Positions 40,401 through 57,419 of a stretch of DNA of 64,000 nucleotides are shown one piece after another; within the stretch, counting starts at the first letter, position 1; each line of letters opens with the position of its first letter. The DNA lies in contig CM022676.1 of the NCBI GenBank assembly GCA_012295275.1, positions 17,236,001-17,300,000 of the forward strand. Reading direction: 5' to 3'. The position numbers were made by a program, and so were the translations under genes. Under the pieces are notes generated by a model. That model saw only the letters and a program-made list of their open reading frames with translations, searched no databases and was not told the DNA's origin. Source of the stretch: Chrysomallon squamiferum (Eukaryota; Animalia; Mollusca).

Positions 40401-41836
40401 GAGCTGGTCATCGTGTGACGCTTTCACATGACTTCTCAGATACAGATATCTCACTATTCCGTTATCTATCAGTTCATTTTCTTGTTTTTTCTCAAGAAGA
40501 CGTTTCTGACACTCAATATAATCAGTTTTCAACGCGCCGCAATGCTGTCCGCGAATGTAAAACTTTCTACGCATTTCCCTGATTTCACAACTTTTAACCT
40601 TTTCATTCTTACTTCTTTTTCCAACACGAACGAGATTTTCTTTCTGAAATTCGAGGATTCCTTCAAGGAATTGGTCCAAGGCGTGATTCGTATAACACAG
40701 AACTAAAATGAGGTTTTCTCTGTCTCCTTCCCAGATGTCTCTGTTTCTTAATAAAGTTTCTATTATTTTTAGTCCTATATATGTTTTTCCCGTTCCTGGA
40801 GGGCCCTGAATGAGGACAAATTCTTTGGTCAGGGCTTGTTGAAACGCCTTGAACTGAGCCGCCTCCAGTTTCAGAGTCTCTGGCTGGGGCCACTTGTTCA
40901 GATTCAGAACAGGAACGCCATTGTGGCTCTCATCCTCATCGTCTGCTCCTTCACTACAACTCTCTGTATGTTTTACTTGTCCTCTGCTTGTCAGTGGTAT
41001 TGTGGACGAAATTTTATTAATAGTTTTGTTGTTTTCAGCCTGAGATGTCTTAGTCTTGTTCTGGAATTGGTAGTGGACATTTTCTTTGTGTCTGAGATAG
41101 GCTGGCTGTTTCACTTCAGTTGTACAGTGTACAATGTATTCCTCGAACGGAAGCTTGTTAATATTCTGCAGAGATGTCAAGACGTAGCGATACGCTTCAA
41201 AGTAAGCTGGTGTTTCCAACATCACCATCGGCTTCGTCAAATCGATTCCCGTGATGCCTACAACATGCTGTTCAAAAATGTCAACTGTGACTACATTGTT
41301 GTGATGCTTTATAGGCCCTGATTCAATAGTTGCAATGGTAAACGTTTTGAAACCGTTGCTCGACAGACAAACCAGAGAACCATATTTCAGTCGTTTCGTG
41401 TACTCCCACTGGATGTCTTTCAGTTTGCTTGTGTCAAATGTCACAGTATGCACGAACTTTGCATTTTTGAATTCTGAATTTAGTATTCTCACACCTTTGT
41501 ACGTGCGGATAGAAACACTCTTTCCCCGTTGTTTGTCATGAATAGCTTCGTACAACGGCTGAATGGAATCTTCCCTCAACAGTCTGAACTGTACATCGAG
41601 GTAGTCGTGGAGATCGTAGTACGCACCTCTTTTCTTCATCCTGCGAAGGAAGGGCGCGTTTGTACGATAAATGTCATCGTACGTTGGCATCACTGAAATT
41701 CTTCTGAAGTCATTCGGAAGTGTTGGTTTCTTTGATGCTGTTAGTCGGTGACTTTGAGACTTTTTCATCATTGACGCTTTCAGTTCTAAGAGTTGTTTTG
41801 TTTTCAATGTAACATTAGTTGTAGCTTCAGCTATAA
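37403..41836 (-). CDS. ZNFX1: NFX1-type zinc finger-containing protein 1-like, copy a, main exon (UPF1-like SF1 helicase + NF-X1 zinc fingers + RING-like finger)
   Basis: 1479-aa ORF with YLDVQFRLLRED, IQGPPGTGKT, CYTNHALDQFLE, IIIEEAAEV, LIGDHQQLRP, SLFERM, VDNYQGEENDIILLSLVRSN, NRVCVALSRAR, repeated CGHxC fingers and LEDCGHIFE...CPRC. Acceptor at 41837-41838, donor GTGAGA at 37402. Confidence 0.95.
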
Positions 41837-41899
41837 CTGGTTATTAACACACCGAAACAATAAAATAAGATACAAATTTGCTTTTTTTGTTATATATCT

Positions 41900-42040
<141 letters not shown>

Positions 42041-43391
42041 GTCTATCTATCTAGATAATGTGACGAAGATAATTAGTCTTGTCTTTGTTTCACGCAAGAT
42101 CCTGCTATGTATAAACATTAGATACATTTCTTTTACGTATCGTATATTGACTAGATATATTCTATTAACGTACACATTTTTGTCTTTCAGATTATCTACT
42201 TTCTATATATTAAACATATGAAAGATAAAATAAAGACAAATAGTTATTTACATGTAATACATTTTCTATCTATAAAGTTAAACCATTTGAGAAGTCCTGT
42301 CCAGTAATTTAGTTTTTACTCTTTTGCAAGCAAACACAAATTATGTTGTTTTCTCTTCTGGCAGTAATCGTGTGTGTGTGTGTGTGTGTGTATGTGTGTG
42401 TGTGTGTGTGTGTGTTTGTGTGTGTGTATAGTTACTGCTAGAAGATAAGCATATGTATATATGTATGTGTGTTTAATTTAAAGTAATAACCTGATTCTTC
42501 TATGACATATTCCGTCTTTAATTATGTTTAACTTGGACCTCAGATAAATGTATCAGTCTATCAATCTATCAATCTATGAGCGTATATATATTAAACAATA
42601 CGCCGTTAATGACCCATTACACTGCCCAATGACCGTATAAAAATACTGCAAAAAAAACCGCTGAATCCAAGGAAAAAGCGAAGCCAACGCAGAAAGTTTA
42701 TTTCAAAGCCTTTTTGAGTTTGTGACCCTAAACTCATATACCTTGGCTGCCAATTAACCGGGTTTTGCGTTAAACGAAGACGAGGTTATCTATGTTCATC
42801 TCATACGTATTTATATAAATACATCTACTTCACTAAAGTGCTGTTTTACTGACCTTTAATTTCTCGTAAATAGACACAATAATTAACTGTTAATGGGTTG
42901 TGTGTCTGAAGTCACAGACATCCTAAAGAAAGGAACGAAACATCTACACTAAATTAGGGAATACACAGTGTTTTGTCAGTTTAAAGTATATCAAATTGTA
43001 TATAGAATTGCCACAGCCATTTATTTTGTCTTAGTGTATAAATGTAGGTCTGTATTCATTGTCTATTGTATGTGTATATTCTTTATAAACACGTTCCAAC
43101 AACAACAACAACAACGACAACGATACTAATAATCAAGTGATTTCTTCTCTGTTTATCTCCTTAGTGACGAGGTCGTATCCTCCTAGTTTAAGGTAAAAAT
43201 AATATAAGAAATGAAAGAAAACAGAACAAAATGTGTGTTTAATTAGTTTTGAAATACAAAAGTCTACATACCCAGACCAAACATTTGTAGTCAGTTTCAG
43301 CAGATGCTTTCCTTCACATGAAATAGACACTGACTTTTTACTTTTTGTTGATGTAAACATTAACGTTTCCACGAAATTAACTGATAAGTCT

Positions 43392-43402
43392 AGTTTCACT
43401 TT
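43392..43402 (-). promoter_or_regulatory. IRF-E-like site AAAGTGAAACT (mirror at 59301-59311)
   Basis: Match to the IRF consensus core upstream of ZNFX1; chance occurrence in AT-rich DNA is not excluded. Confidence 0.3.
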
Positions 43403-44355
43403 AGGTTACCGTATATAACACAGTATAGGAGAAAGAGAAATGTAGAAACGTTTCTCCAGTAAAATGCTCGACATATATAACTTACGCCCATACACATTTA
43501 TAAGTTAAAACAGGTCGCGTTGTATTAAAATTTAAACTCAAAACTTATCTTGTCATATTTACGGTTTTTGATTCGTGCACTCTAAATGCGTTCTATAATT
43601 AAAATGTATTATTATTATTATTATTATTATTATTTAGTTATTTAATTGTTTATTTTTATCTGTCTTTTAAATAAGTGACGTCAACCATTTTGTATTTTTT
43701 ATTATTATTATTTTTTTAATTATGAATATAATATTTGGACGTCAGCCAACTGTTGTTATATATTTTATAATTATTGATGGCAATATCTGGAAGTAAGCCA
43801 GCTCTACAATGCTCTAATGATACGTCGAAAAGAACAGTTCATTGTGATTGTATGCGTGTATTTGTATGTGTGCCTTCTAGATTATTTACAATTACTGTTA
43901 ACCAAATAGTTTTATATTAAAGACGTCACTATATCAATTATTGATTTACTTATTTTTTTTTTCTTTGCTCTGCTAAAAGGCAGAAATGGGACAGATCTGC
44001 TAGAAGCAAGAGGTGTTGTTGTCTGTTCTTGTTGTTGCTGATTTTTGTTTTGTTCTTCTTTTTGGGGCTTTTCCAGAGCGATTTAGAATATCGGACGAGC
44101 GTTTTTCTTCTTATTTTTTCACAGATAAAGACTCAGGAAAATGAGAACTAGATGAACGCGTATGACAAAAACACTACTCTAAACCACTTCACATACGTCT
44201 GCTCCTTTTAATGTCAAGGTGAAATATTTCTTCACTAAGCTTTGAGAGATATTAACACACACACGCACGCACACTCACACTCACTCACACACATGTATAT
44301 ACTCACGTTCATACACAGTGGTTATTTTTTTATTTTTTAGGTGGTTTCTCTAAAG

Positions 44356-44670
44356 CATAGGTTTTCTAACTGGAGGGTCGCCAGCCTTATTTCTGGGCGT
44401 CGCGAGATCGTTCTTGGGCTAAGGTATGTCTGAGTTGTTTCAACTTGACTTCGAAGGAGGAATAAATAAAACCATTTAGATAGGTTTGGGACCCGTCATA
44501 GTGAATATAGATTCCTTTTTGTACTGTGTTTGGTTGATGAAAATATGGTAACTCTAGATATTATTGAATCAAAATGTTTAAATGCGGTCATCGGTCATAC
44601 TGAGTTGCTCATAAGGGGTCGCTCATAAAAGGATACCAGTAATACATATTAAAAAGTTTGAAAACCAGTG
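44356..44670. mobile_element. Non-autonomous hAT-type MITE
   Basis: Imperfect 16-bp TIRs CATAGGTTTTCTAACT / AGTTTGAAAACCAGTG; perfect 8-bp TSD CTCTAAAG at 44348-44355 and 44671-44678. Confidence 0.88.
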
Positions 44671-45287
44671 CTCTAAAGCTTTGAGAGACTAGAGTAAACT
44701 AAAACAGAGGTAGCAGGCCAATCAGCGGTAAGACTGGACTGAGTGGACACACGAGGAATGTTGGTGACTTCCAAGTTACCGTCCGGAGCACGAGCTCGGC
44801 CAAAAATCCTGTCAATTACATCATAGAACGGACGAACAGTGAAAACAGTCAGAAACGAAAATTAACAAGTATTTTTTCTGTCCTGCTGTTACTTAAACAA
44901 AAATACAAGAATAAAAGAAAGAAATGATGTTCAAAAATTCGTTCAGTGAAATGTTATAGTTATTCTTAAACTCATAACTGAAATAATGTATAACTTTGAA
45001 ATAGATGATGGGGGTGAATTGCTTAAATACTAAGACCAGGATATAGTAGTCAGTACCCTCTTAAGGTATAGGCACACTGGGCGTTACGCATGGGGCGTCA
45101 AGTAACTCCTGCAATCAGGCTATGCGTGCATGTACGGGTCCCAGTGATTTGCTTTTTCCGGGGCCGATCACGCTGGAAAAAAATTGTCTTGGAAGTATTT
45201 AACGGAAGGAAAATGTCTAGTAGACTGTGAAATGTTCTTCTTTTCCATGCATGTTTTACAAAACACTGCAAGTTCTAAACATTAAGT

Positions 45288-45487
45288 NNNNNNNNNNNNN
45301 NNNNNNNNNNNNNNNNNNNNNNNNNNNNNNNNNNNNNNNNNNNNNNNNNNNNNNNNNNNNNNNNNNNNNNNNNNNNNNNNNNNNNNNNNNNNNNNNNNNN
45401 NNNNNNNNNNNNNNNNNNNNNNNNNNNNNNNNNNNNNNNNNNNNNNNNNNNNNNNNNNNNNNNNNNNNNNNNNNNNNNNNNNNNNNN
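45288..45487. other. Scaffold gap (200 N)
   Basis: Run of N between the inverted-repeat arm and a 30-bp tandem array. Confidence 0.99.
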
Positions 45488-45867
45488 AGACGTCACAGTA
45501 GCTTTGGTTGACATGTCAGACGTCACAGTAGCTTTGGTTGACGTGTCAGACGTCACAGTAGCTTTGGTTGACATGTCAGACGTCACAGTAGCTTTGGTTG
45601 ACATGTCAGACGTCACAGTAGCTTTGGTTGACATGTCAGACGTCACAGTAGCTTTGGTTGACGTGTCAGACGTCACAGTAGCTTTGGTTGACATGTCAGA
45701 CGTCACAGTAGCTTTGGTTGACATGTCAGACGTCACAGTAGCTTTGGTTGACATGTCAGACGTCACAGTAGCTTTGGTTGACATGTCAGACGTCACAGTA
45801 GCTTTGGTTGACATGTCAGACGTCACAGTAGCTTTGGTTGACGTGTCAGACGTCACAGTGTTTGTTT
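45488..45867 (-). repeat. 30-bp tandem repeat forming a mucin-like Thr/Ser-rich exon (TSD[M/T]STKATV)n, truncated by the gap
   Basis: At least 12 copies of GACGTCACAGTAGCTTTGGTTGAC[A/G]TGTCA; minus-strand acceptor at 45868-45869, phase 1. Confidence 0.85.
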
Positions 45868-46072
45868 CTGGTGCAAATTTAATTAAGAAACAGCGAATGT
45901 TCTTCTTTTGTTAATGGCAGATATAACACAACACATGCAATTGTTGTTATTTGTTATTATTATTACCGGTATCACCTCTGATCGATTTTATAACAAAAAC
46001 AAAAAATTACAATAAATAATTGAGAAAAAAAAACAACAACAATAAGAACGGTATCAGGCACCACAACATCTA

Positions 46073-46166
<94 letters not shown>

Positions 46167-46699
46167 TACAATAATAATATGTGAAAATGTTATTGTCTAT
46201 TATACACACTATTGTTGATAAGCATTTTCAAACACGTACACTACTATTATAATCTCTTAACCAAAAACTACTCCTACTACTACAACTATTATCACTATCA
46301 TTAATAAAACACTGCTACTTCGACAACTAATACCACTGCTAATATCTGTTTTACTGTTACAACCACTACTACTGCTTACATGGTATCGTTTACTCTACTA
46401 TTACTAGTATGTCCTGTACTGTGACTACTAGTAGCACTGAATATATAACTATTATTACTTATATTAAAACTAACCTTGTGTTACATTATCACTTCTACTG
46501 ATATTACTAAAGCTGTCATCACCACTAGTGTTATTTCTATTACAACAACCACTGATGCTGCTACTACTACTATTACTGATATTACTAGCACTGCTACTAC
46601 TATTACTTTCAATATTTCCACTATTACTACTATCATTATGACCACTCTTACTACTACTACTACTAGATTTATTACTGTTACCACTACTAGTAGTACAGC

Positions 46700-46774
<75 letters not shown>

Positions 46775-46802
46775 TAATAATAATGATAATAATAGTACTC
46801 AC

Positions 46803-47115
46803 GTGTTGGTTTAATGGAATTACTATTTTTTTAGTGCTACATGTCCATGACTTATAGTCGTTGACAGAAAGTGAAGATATAGTCAAAGTGTAAGTGGTTA
46901 AAAAACGTGTACCTGTCTGTAAAGTTTGTACAAACTTACATCTGTAGTTATCTGTCGACTATCTGTGTGTTTCACATGTTTCTGTTTTATATCTACATGT
47001 ACACATTTTCTCATCACCTCCTTTAAATGTGATATCTTCTTTATAAATATTTCTGATAACAGAACAAGCAAATGTGAAAGTTTGATTGATGACAGCCGTC
47101 ATTTGTAGCTGAAAT

Positions 47116-47146
<31 letters not shown>

Positions 47147-47314
47147 CAACAACAATAACTACAACATCAAAGATAATAATAATGATGATGATGATAATGA
47201 TAATAATAATAACAATAACAATAACAGCATCAATGTTAATAATAATAATAATAATAATAATAACAATAATAATAATAATGCCAATAATAATGTCAATAAT
47301 AATGTCAATGCCAA

Positions 47315-47365
<51 letters not shown>

Positions 47366-47392
47366 CAATGTATGTATGTAACCATGTTTGTG

Positions 47393-47423
<31 letters not shown>

Positions 47424-47897
47424 GTAAGGTACTATTACTCAGTTTATGAATTCATTCTTCCAAAATGTAACTGCGTATTTTGTTGCTGTTTTGTGTCCAC
47501 CTGTTCTGTATGTGAGTATGTGTTTGTTTTACACTAATGAGAAACATTTTCTTACAAATAACTGAAACCTCTGGTTTACTCCATACATCAAGCTGATCAG
47601 ATCCACAAAACCAGATTCCAGAGTCCCTGTCAGTTGTCTGATACTTAGTAACTGTGTAGTCTTTGTACTCTCTGTCAGCTTTGTGCGTGCTGCACATCTA
47701 CAAATGTAACTTTGTGTAATGCTAGTTACACGTGTCTTCTCTCTGTACACAGTCACACACTGTAGTGTTATCAGTTTGAGTTTTATGTACAAACTTTATA
47801 TCAGAATTCAGATTCTGTGACTCGCGTACACGACACGTCATATGCATAATTTCACCTTTTAGTACAGGTATCACTTGAAACCATCCAAACTTTACAA
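46803..47897 (-). pseudogene. Two disrupted Ig-like exons (47556-47897 and 46803-47108) upstream of the mucin exon
   Basis: Exon 1: GEIMHMTCRV...YTVTKYQTTDRDSGIWFCG with two frameshifts. Exon 2: QTFTFACSV...YTLTISSLSVNDYKSWTCS with an internal TAG. AG/GT borders are present. Confidence 0.7.
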
Positions 47898-50379
47898 CTA
47901 CAGGAGAAACAGTCAACATTAATTGTTAATTATAGTTAAATAATTAATTGCTTCAGTTAGTTAGGTGGGTTTTTTTTCTACTAAATCATTTAGCTTAGTC
48001 ATTATAGTAGTTATGATTACTAATTTTGTAGCTGTATTGGATTAATAATGATACTTCTATTATTACAACTATTTTATTGCTACCAGTATTAAGGTTACTA
48101 TTGACTCTAATAATACTACATTAATTACTTACTCTATGATTAGTATTACTAGTACCTTAAAACTACTACTACTATTATTGCTGATTATTCTTGTATTTTG
48201 GCTATTACTACTTCTCTACACTAGAGCTACTGATACATCTCTTAATATATACTACTCATACTAACAATAATACCAGTACTACTGCTACTTCAATATCCAC
48301 CAATACTATGTACTGGAAGCCTAACTAAAATCAGTGGACAAAGCTATTAAAAGTGTAGGCTGTGTCCGTTATCCTGTAGTTCGAAATCCCTGTAGTTATC
48401 CCTTAAAGGTAGGTACAGGAATAACTTGACTGGCTTTTAAACTGTACACGACTATCTGTTAACTCAATGCCATCTAGTTATTTTGCGGTATTCTATTCAC
48501 TTATATGTACTCATCAACATCACTGACAGACTACTGCTATCTACTGGGATATATTCACTTAATATTTATAAAGTACCATAGCCCTTAATTCCAATTTACT
48601 ATGAAAACATCTGGCACAGGTATCTCAACATCATGCGGGAGACAGATTGTTTAAGTTTTAGGCCAGGTGGAAGTGAACCCATATTATTCCTTTCTGGAGT
48701 AGGGTTTGATGTATTGCTTACGATTATAGTTAAACACCAAATGCTTGTAGTACTTTTAAGTATCATTTATAGATAGCTAGCTATATTGATATACATAAAC
48801 AGATAGATAGATAGGTAGACATACAGACAAATAGATAGTTAGATAGACAGACAGACAGACAAATATATCGATAGAGAGATAGAAACACATCACAGTATTT
48901 TAGCTTATTACTACTAATAACTTAATAGTGAAAAATCAAGTTATTTATAAAAGTGAAATTGTGCTATTGAGGTGTTTGACCCGTATCAGTTGTTTTATTT
49001 ATCTATTTATTCTGTTAATGGCCAGTCTTGTTGCTTTCAACTACCTCGAAATGTAATATGACGCCAAAAAACGTGCATTTTAATCCAGACATGTTAAACT
49101 ACATAACAAATTATGATGATAATAAAATAAGAAATAAATTTGAACAATGAAAATAAAATAAAGAAATATACATATTATTATAATAATCGTAACTTTTCAA
49201 ATGTTCTTCGCTAGATACAATATTTTCTTATAAGAGCAGGCAATGAAATTTCTGCAAAACTTTCTTTGAAAGACAAAGTCATTCTAATAATGTATTTTAG
49301 TAAGCTCCACTGTTTTAAAAAAGAAAACAGATTATAACGCGATTTCTGCATTTCCTTTAATTGCGGGAGAGGATGTATTATTATAACTTCTCAATAATAT
49401 TATAATGTATAGTTGTGACGAAGATAAATAATATCATCTTTTTTTATTATTTTATTTATTTATTTGTTTATAAACGTTCAGCTCGAATACTTTTTCAATG
49501 AATACATTTCTTTTGTATATACTACGCATAGATCATCTGATTATACTGATAAATATTATACGTGTGCAACCTTGAAATTGTTTTTGTCTCTGTTAATGAA
49601 ATCGTGGACATATAAGCCAACGAAGAAATCATAAATGCTACAAAATATTTAGTAGGAATTATAATAAGTAAATAAACTGCCCTCAAGTGGCGATAAAACT
49701 AAAAAACTCTCCACAATATCCTTTTATCGGAAACCAGACGATAACGAAGGTAGTTTTTAAGCTTGGTTCAAAACATAATATAGTGTATACTACTTACACG
49801 ATAGATAATAAAATAGTAGGTCACTCAGTAGAAACGTCCTTATTAAGTATCTTCTTTGTTTTGACAGTTACTTCATAAAGTCCACTCCACATTCAAACAG
49901 GTCCTCAGAAAAACATCTTTTCAAAAGTTACTTCTTAAATTGTATCCGACTGAAATTCAATTTCTGTTCCATTTACTTTCACATCGAAAAAACTTTTGTA
50001 AGGACCATTATTATATTTTTGAGATATATGTTTCCTGCGGGCGTCACCAATTACCCATAATCCCACTCTCAACCGTATTGCATGGCACAGTTCTGAATAA
50101 CCTCTGTGTTAACAGTATTCTAAGTCAGTTATGTCGCGTGCTTCACAACAGCTTTCTCTTTTCAGCATGTTAATTGATCACTGATTCACTCGATTATAAC
50201 AGTGTTTTAAGACAAACGTACGTTTAACACATGTGCAGTTTGGAGATCGTTCAACCAGTGGAGATAAAAATAGACGCTACTGTAACTGATACCTCAGAGG
50301 TAACTAAACACCAAGGAAGCCAAACTGAAAGAATATCGAGTGTCAGAAAACAGTGTGGATTTCAAGAATAAACCGAGCA

Positions 50380-51630
50380 AACTTTAATCCGGACCTTAGG
50401 CAACAGGATCTGTGTTATAGATTTAAAATGTGTGCAAGTTGTGTATCTGACATTTCATGATGTCACACAAATATTGTTTGAGAAGTTGAAATGTTTAGTA
50501 TTGTGGCTGAACTAAGAACAGCCACAGTTAACATTGCTTGTAGAATTTTTCAGATATTTTGGAGTCACAGTTTCAGTTGTTATTGACTGCTTTGAGAAAT
50601 TTACAGAGATACCATCTAATTTATTAACTTGAGCTAAAACCTGCTCAAATTATAAACATGACAATATTGTTAAATATTTAATTATTATTAACCCTCATTT
50701 CCATCAAAAGACTGATTAAGACTTGCAATGTTTTAAATATTTGTATCTAATCAGCTTGAAAAACAAAACATAATAATAGTAATAAATAGCAACTTCTTTA
50801 TTTTTTATTTTTTATCATACAATTTAGGATGCAAATAAATTACAAAGATATTGAATTTACTGTCTTTGCTTTTCTTTTTCAAATTTTCTTCTTGAATTCC
50901 TTACAGATCTCATTCAGGATCCCCAAAGGTATAATTTCCAGTGGTAAATGTGTTTTGAGTGCAGTTTCCAAGAAGTTCTGGTAATACTGCAAGTTAAAAA
51001 ACTCTCCTGTCTATTCCATCATTTCAATGCAAAATTGCTCATCAATAAATATTTATCTCTGTGTCAAGAATTCACCTTCAGTAGGCACAGTATTCCACAC
51101 TGGTAAGAAATAATTGGCACTGAACTTGATAAGAAAGATACTTGTTTAAACAGAGTTGTTCCTCTATCATTTCATTGTTGTTTGATTGTAACTTTGTGTT
51201 AGTTTTGTAATTCAGTTCCTCTTCCTTACTAACAGATTTCCATGAACACATTCTGACAATAATTAACTTTTCCTTAATGACAGATGTAAAAGTTTCATCA
51301 AACAATTCTCAAAGTACTTTCGGATACTTTCTGTCCAGTGTTTCAGGTTGGTAGTTGCTTGCTTATCTTGCAACAAGTGAAAAGATGACTGGTTTTCTCC
51401 TTGTGTGGCTCAATGCAGAAAGCAGGTTGGACACGTTGTAAAGTTTTCTCTGCTTCAAACCTGAGTTGACATACAAGTACTGATCTAACTGTTCTTCCTT
51501 CATCTTTGCGGAGTTAAGTCAATATCCTGCATAGTCTTATAGTACAACTTCATAGTGCTAATAGAAAGAGCCAGTGTGACTTTTCTTCTGTCAATTTCTT
51601 GCTGTTTACTATCTTTACCAAAGCTTCGTC
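50380..51630. mobile_element. Relic ISL2EU-like (PIF/Harbinger-related) DNA transposon: DDE transposase on +, YqaJ-like exonuclease on -
   Basis: + 50390-50700: QDLCYRF...[35 protein letters not shown]. - 50900-51630: TKLQSNN...YQVQCQLFLTSVEYC. Many stops and indels; TIRs not located. Confidence 0.75.
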
Positions 51631-52055
51631 TACAAATAAATTATAACAAAACATGAAACCTTCACTCATTTTTTCGTGTATGTACCTAACTATATATCCA
51701 TCACACATATACACATGAATGCACTTTGTCTCTCTGTCTCACACACACATACATATGTAAATTATATTCATAATCTTCAATAAACAGATAGACAGACAGA
51801 TATGTATCTCAAAATAGGCACGATTAGAGTGATGAAATTCTTAGAATAAATATATTTTCATGACATACCAAAAATCTGAAACATATACACTGTAAGTGTT
51901 ACCTCTTAAACACAGTATAGCCAAACTAAAATAATCTGACGAGAGAAAAATAAAAAAAATAAAATTTCTTCTAACATATAAAATTGTATAGTTTCATAAT
52001 TTATTTCGATTAATTAATTACCATAAACCAGTCAGCTGTGAAGATTTGAACTCAC

Positions 52056-55201
<3,146 letters not shown>

Positions 55202-55379
55202 ACTTTACTGATTGAGTTCATCTGTAGAAGTGAAGAATCTGTGGACAAAGATGTTTAAAAATGTTTATTTAAAAACAAACATATGTTTACAAGTTTAATA
55301 TTCTATCTGTACCTACATTTACCCACACACTCAGTAGTAAATTCTTGTCATTATCTGCAGAAACAGATATGTAGATGTA

Positions 55380-55832
55380 GAGACAGATCGATAAACTGAT
55401 CAATAAATAAATAGGTGGACATAGAGACAGACATATTGATATCTCAAACTAGTAAATATACTTTCCTGATGTATCAAAGTTTTGAAACCTGTACACTGTA
55501 AATGTTATTTCTTAAATACAGCACAGCTCTATATTGCTACTAAAACAATTATTATAAACAATATTTATAATTTTGTTTTTCCTTCTTTTAAATATTTCTT
55601 TTCATTTACTATATATACACACATCAGATGATCTGGACAACCAAAAACATTAGAACCTTTGACTCCATGAACTAAAACAGTCTTAAAAGAAATAAACAGA
55701 AACAGTAAAAGTTGTTCTAAAATATAATACTGCACAGTTTCATAATTTATTTTTCATGTTTTAATATCAACTAGTTCTGAAGATTTGAACTCTCAGCAGC
55801 CAGAATGTGAGATCCATCTACTGTTTTACCAT
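55380..55832 (-). pseudogene. Diverged second copy of the PCSK7 exon-6 3' part and following intron
   Basis: GAAGATTTGAACTCTCAGCAGCCAGAATGTGAGATCCATCTACTGTTTTACCAT resembles 52040-52093; the intron block resembles 51865-51921. Confidence 0.7.
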
Positions 55833-56605
55833 TTTCCTATTAATGTATGTAGTCATTTTGTGATCCAAAGATGAATATAATAAATTTACAGCTGATAGGT
55901 AACAAATTTAACAACTTTGAAGGAACATGGTCTGTTGTTAGACATAAATTATCAAATATAACAAGCATTTATTCAGTTACACAACTCAGAATTTTGAGTT
56001 TTTTCCTAACAGCTCAGTGAGTTGTTATTTAATTTACGTGTAAATTACATGTTTTCATCAAAGAGTGGTATCATCTACTTTACATAGATTAAGTATTTTG
56101 TCATTGTATTGTAAATTAATACAACCTCTACCAAATATATAAATATGTACAGCCATATACAAATGCATATACACAAACACATATGTGTAAATATAATGAA
56201 AATAATTCTAAGATGTTGATTTCTCAACTCAGATTATGTAACAATTTATTTTATTAGTTTTCTGTCACACCACATTTTACTTTTACAACTACTTTTTCAA
56301 CTCGATGAATTTGCTTCAAAAGGACTGGTATTTCATAGTTAGAAGAAAAAAGACAGATGTGATAGTCAATAGTCAGGCAGGAAAGCAGTGTTTTCAAATG
56401 AGATTTTCTTTATGTAAGAGTATGGTAAGCTGTTGTCTGTTCTTATGATGATAGGGTATAATGTATACATTAACATGTGTTGTGTTTATTTTTCTAGTGG
56501 ATAGATATAATTATTGTTTCATAGAGATTGCTGTCAGTTTATGTTTTGAATTCCTTATTATTGATACAGCTATCTACAGACACACATACACACAAACAGA
56601 TATTC

Positions 56606-56639
<34 letters not shown>

Positions 56640-57419
56640 AGTGAAATTAAAGAAGACTATAATTATTGATATTACTATAAATAAGTACTGATACAGTCTA
56701 CAGCTTATTTAGGTGTTTTTTTTTTATAAAGAAATGTATTACTGGTATCCTTTATAGGTATGTATGCATGTGAAAACACAGTTAAGTCGATAGATATAAC
56801 AAACTAACTTAATTTTAAGTAAACACTGATGATGAATAATTTTAGAAATTATATATAAAATATTTATAAGTGTTTCGTTTTATATATATCAAAAAACACA
56901 CACACGAAAAAACACACTGTAATTTCATACATGTATATATAAAAAATAGAAATTAAAAAATTAAATATTCGCTAATTAATTTTAAACGGTTTCACGAAAA
57001 CTTCTAATGTTAAATGTGGCCGAAGGTGCTTCGCTGTTTTCTTGTTTATGTTCTTGGCTTACTTAGTTTAACAGATAGTTAAGAACTTACTATTAAGATT
57101 CATATTAATTAGTAAGTTCAGGCGAGGATCGCGACAAGTTACCTGTTATTAGCAAAAAATGTATACACGACAGACAGAAGAATAACCATATGTAACAAGA
57201 AAATTGCATTCACTTACTTTGAAGATGTGGCTGACAAAGTCAGCAATTTCTTTTCTGAAATCATAAGTATTAGATCGATTTAAATGCAACGTGACAAGCA
57301 GAGCGATCAAATGAACACAACGCATAACTTCCGCATTCAATAGCTAATATGGGTTACCTCCCTCATGGTAGATTGAAATCGAGCGCTCGATACTGAGTAA
57401 CACGGGTAAGTCTGCATAA

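Larger units (their letters stand above)
42712..45287 (-). repeat. Left arm of ~2.6 kb inverted repeat (upstream region of ZNFX1 copy a); ends at a gap
   Basis: Reverse complement of 57420-59992. The differences I found are single-base homopolymer indels. Confidence 0.95.

Noticed and set aside
37588-41541. Plus-strand and off-frame ORFs overlapping ZNFX1a, and their mirrors over copy b
   Set aside because: Shadows of the long helicase ORF, with no independent motifs.
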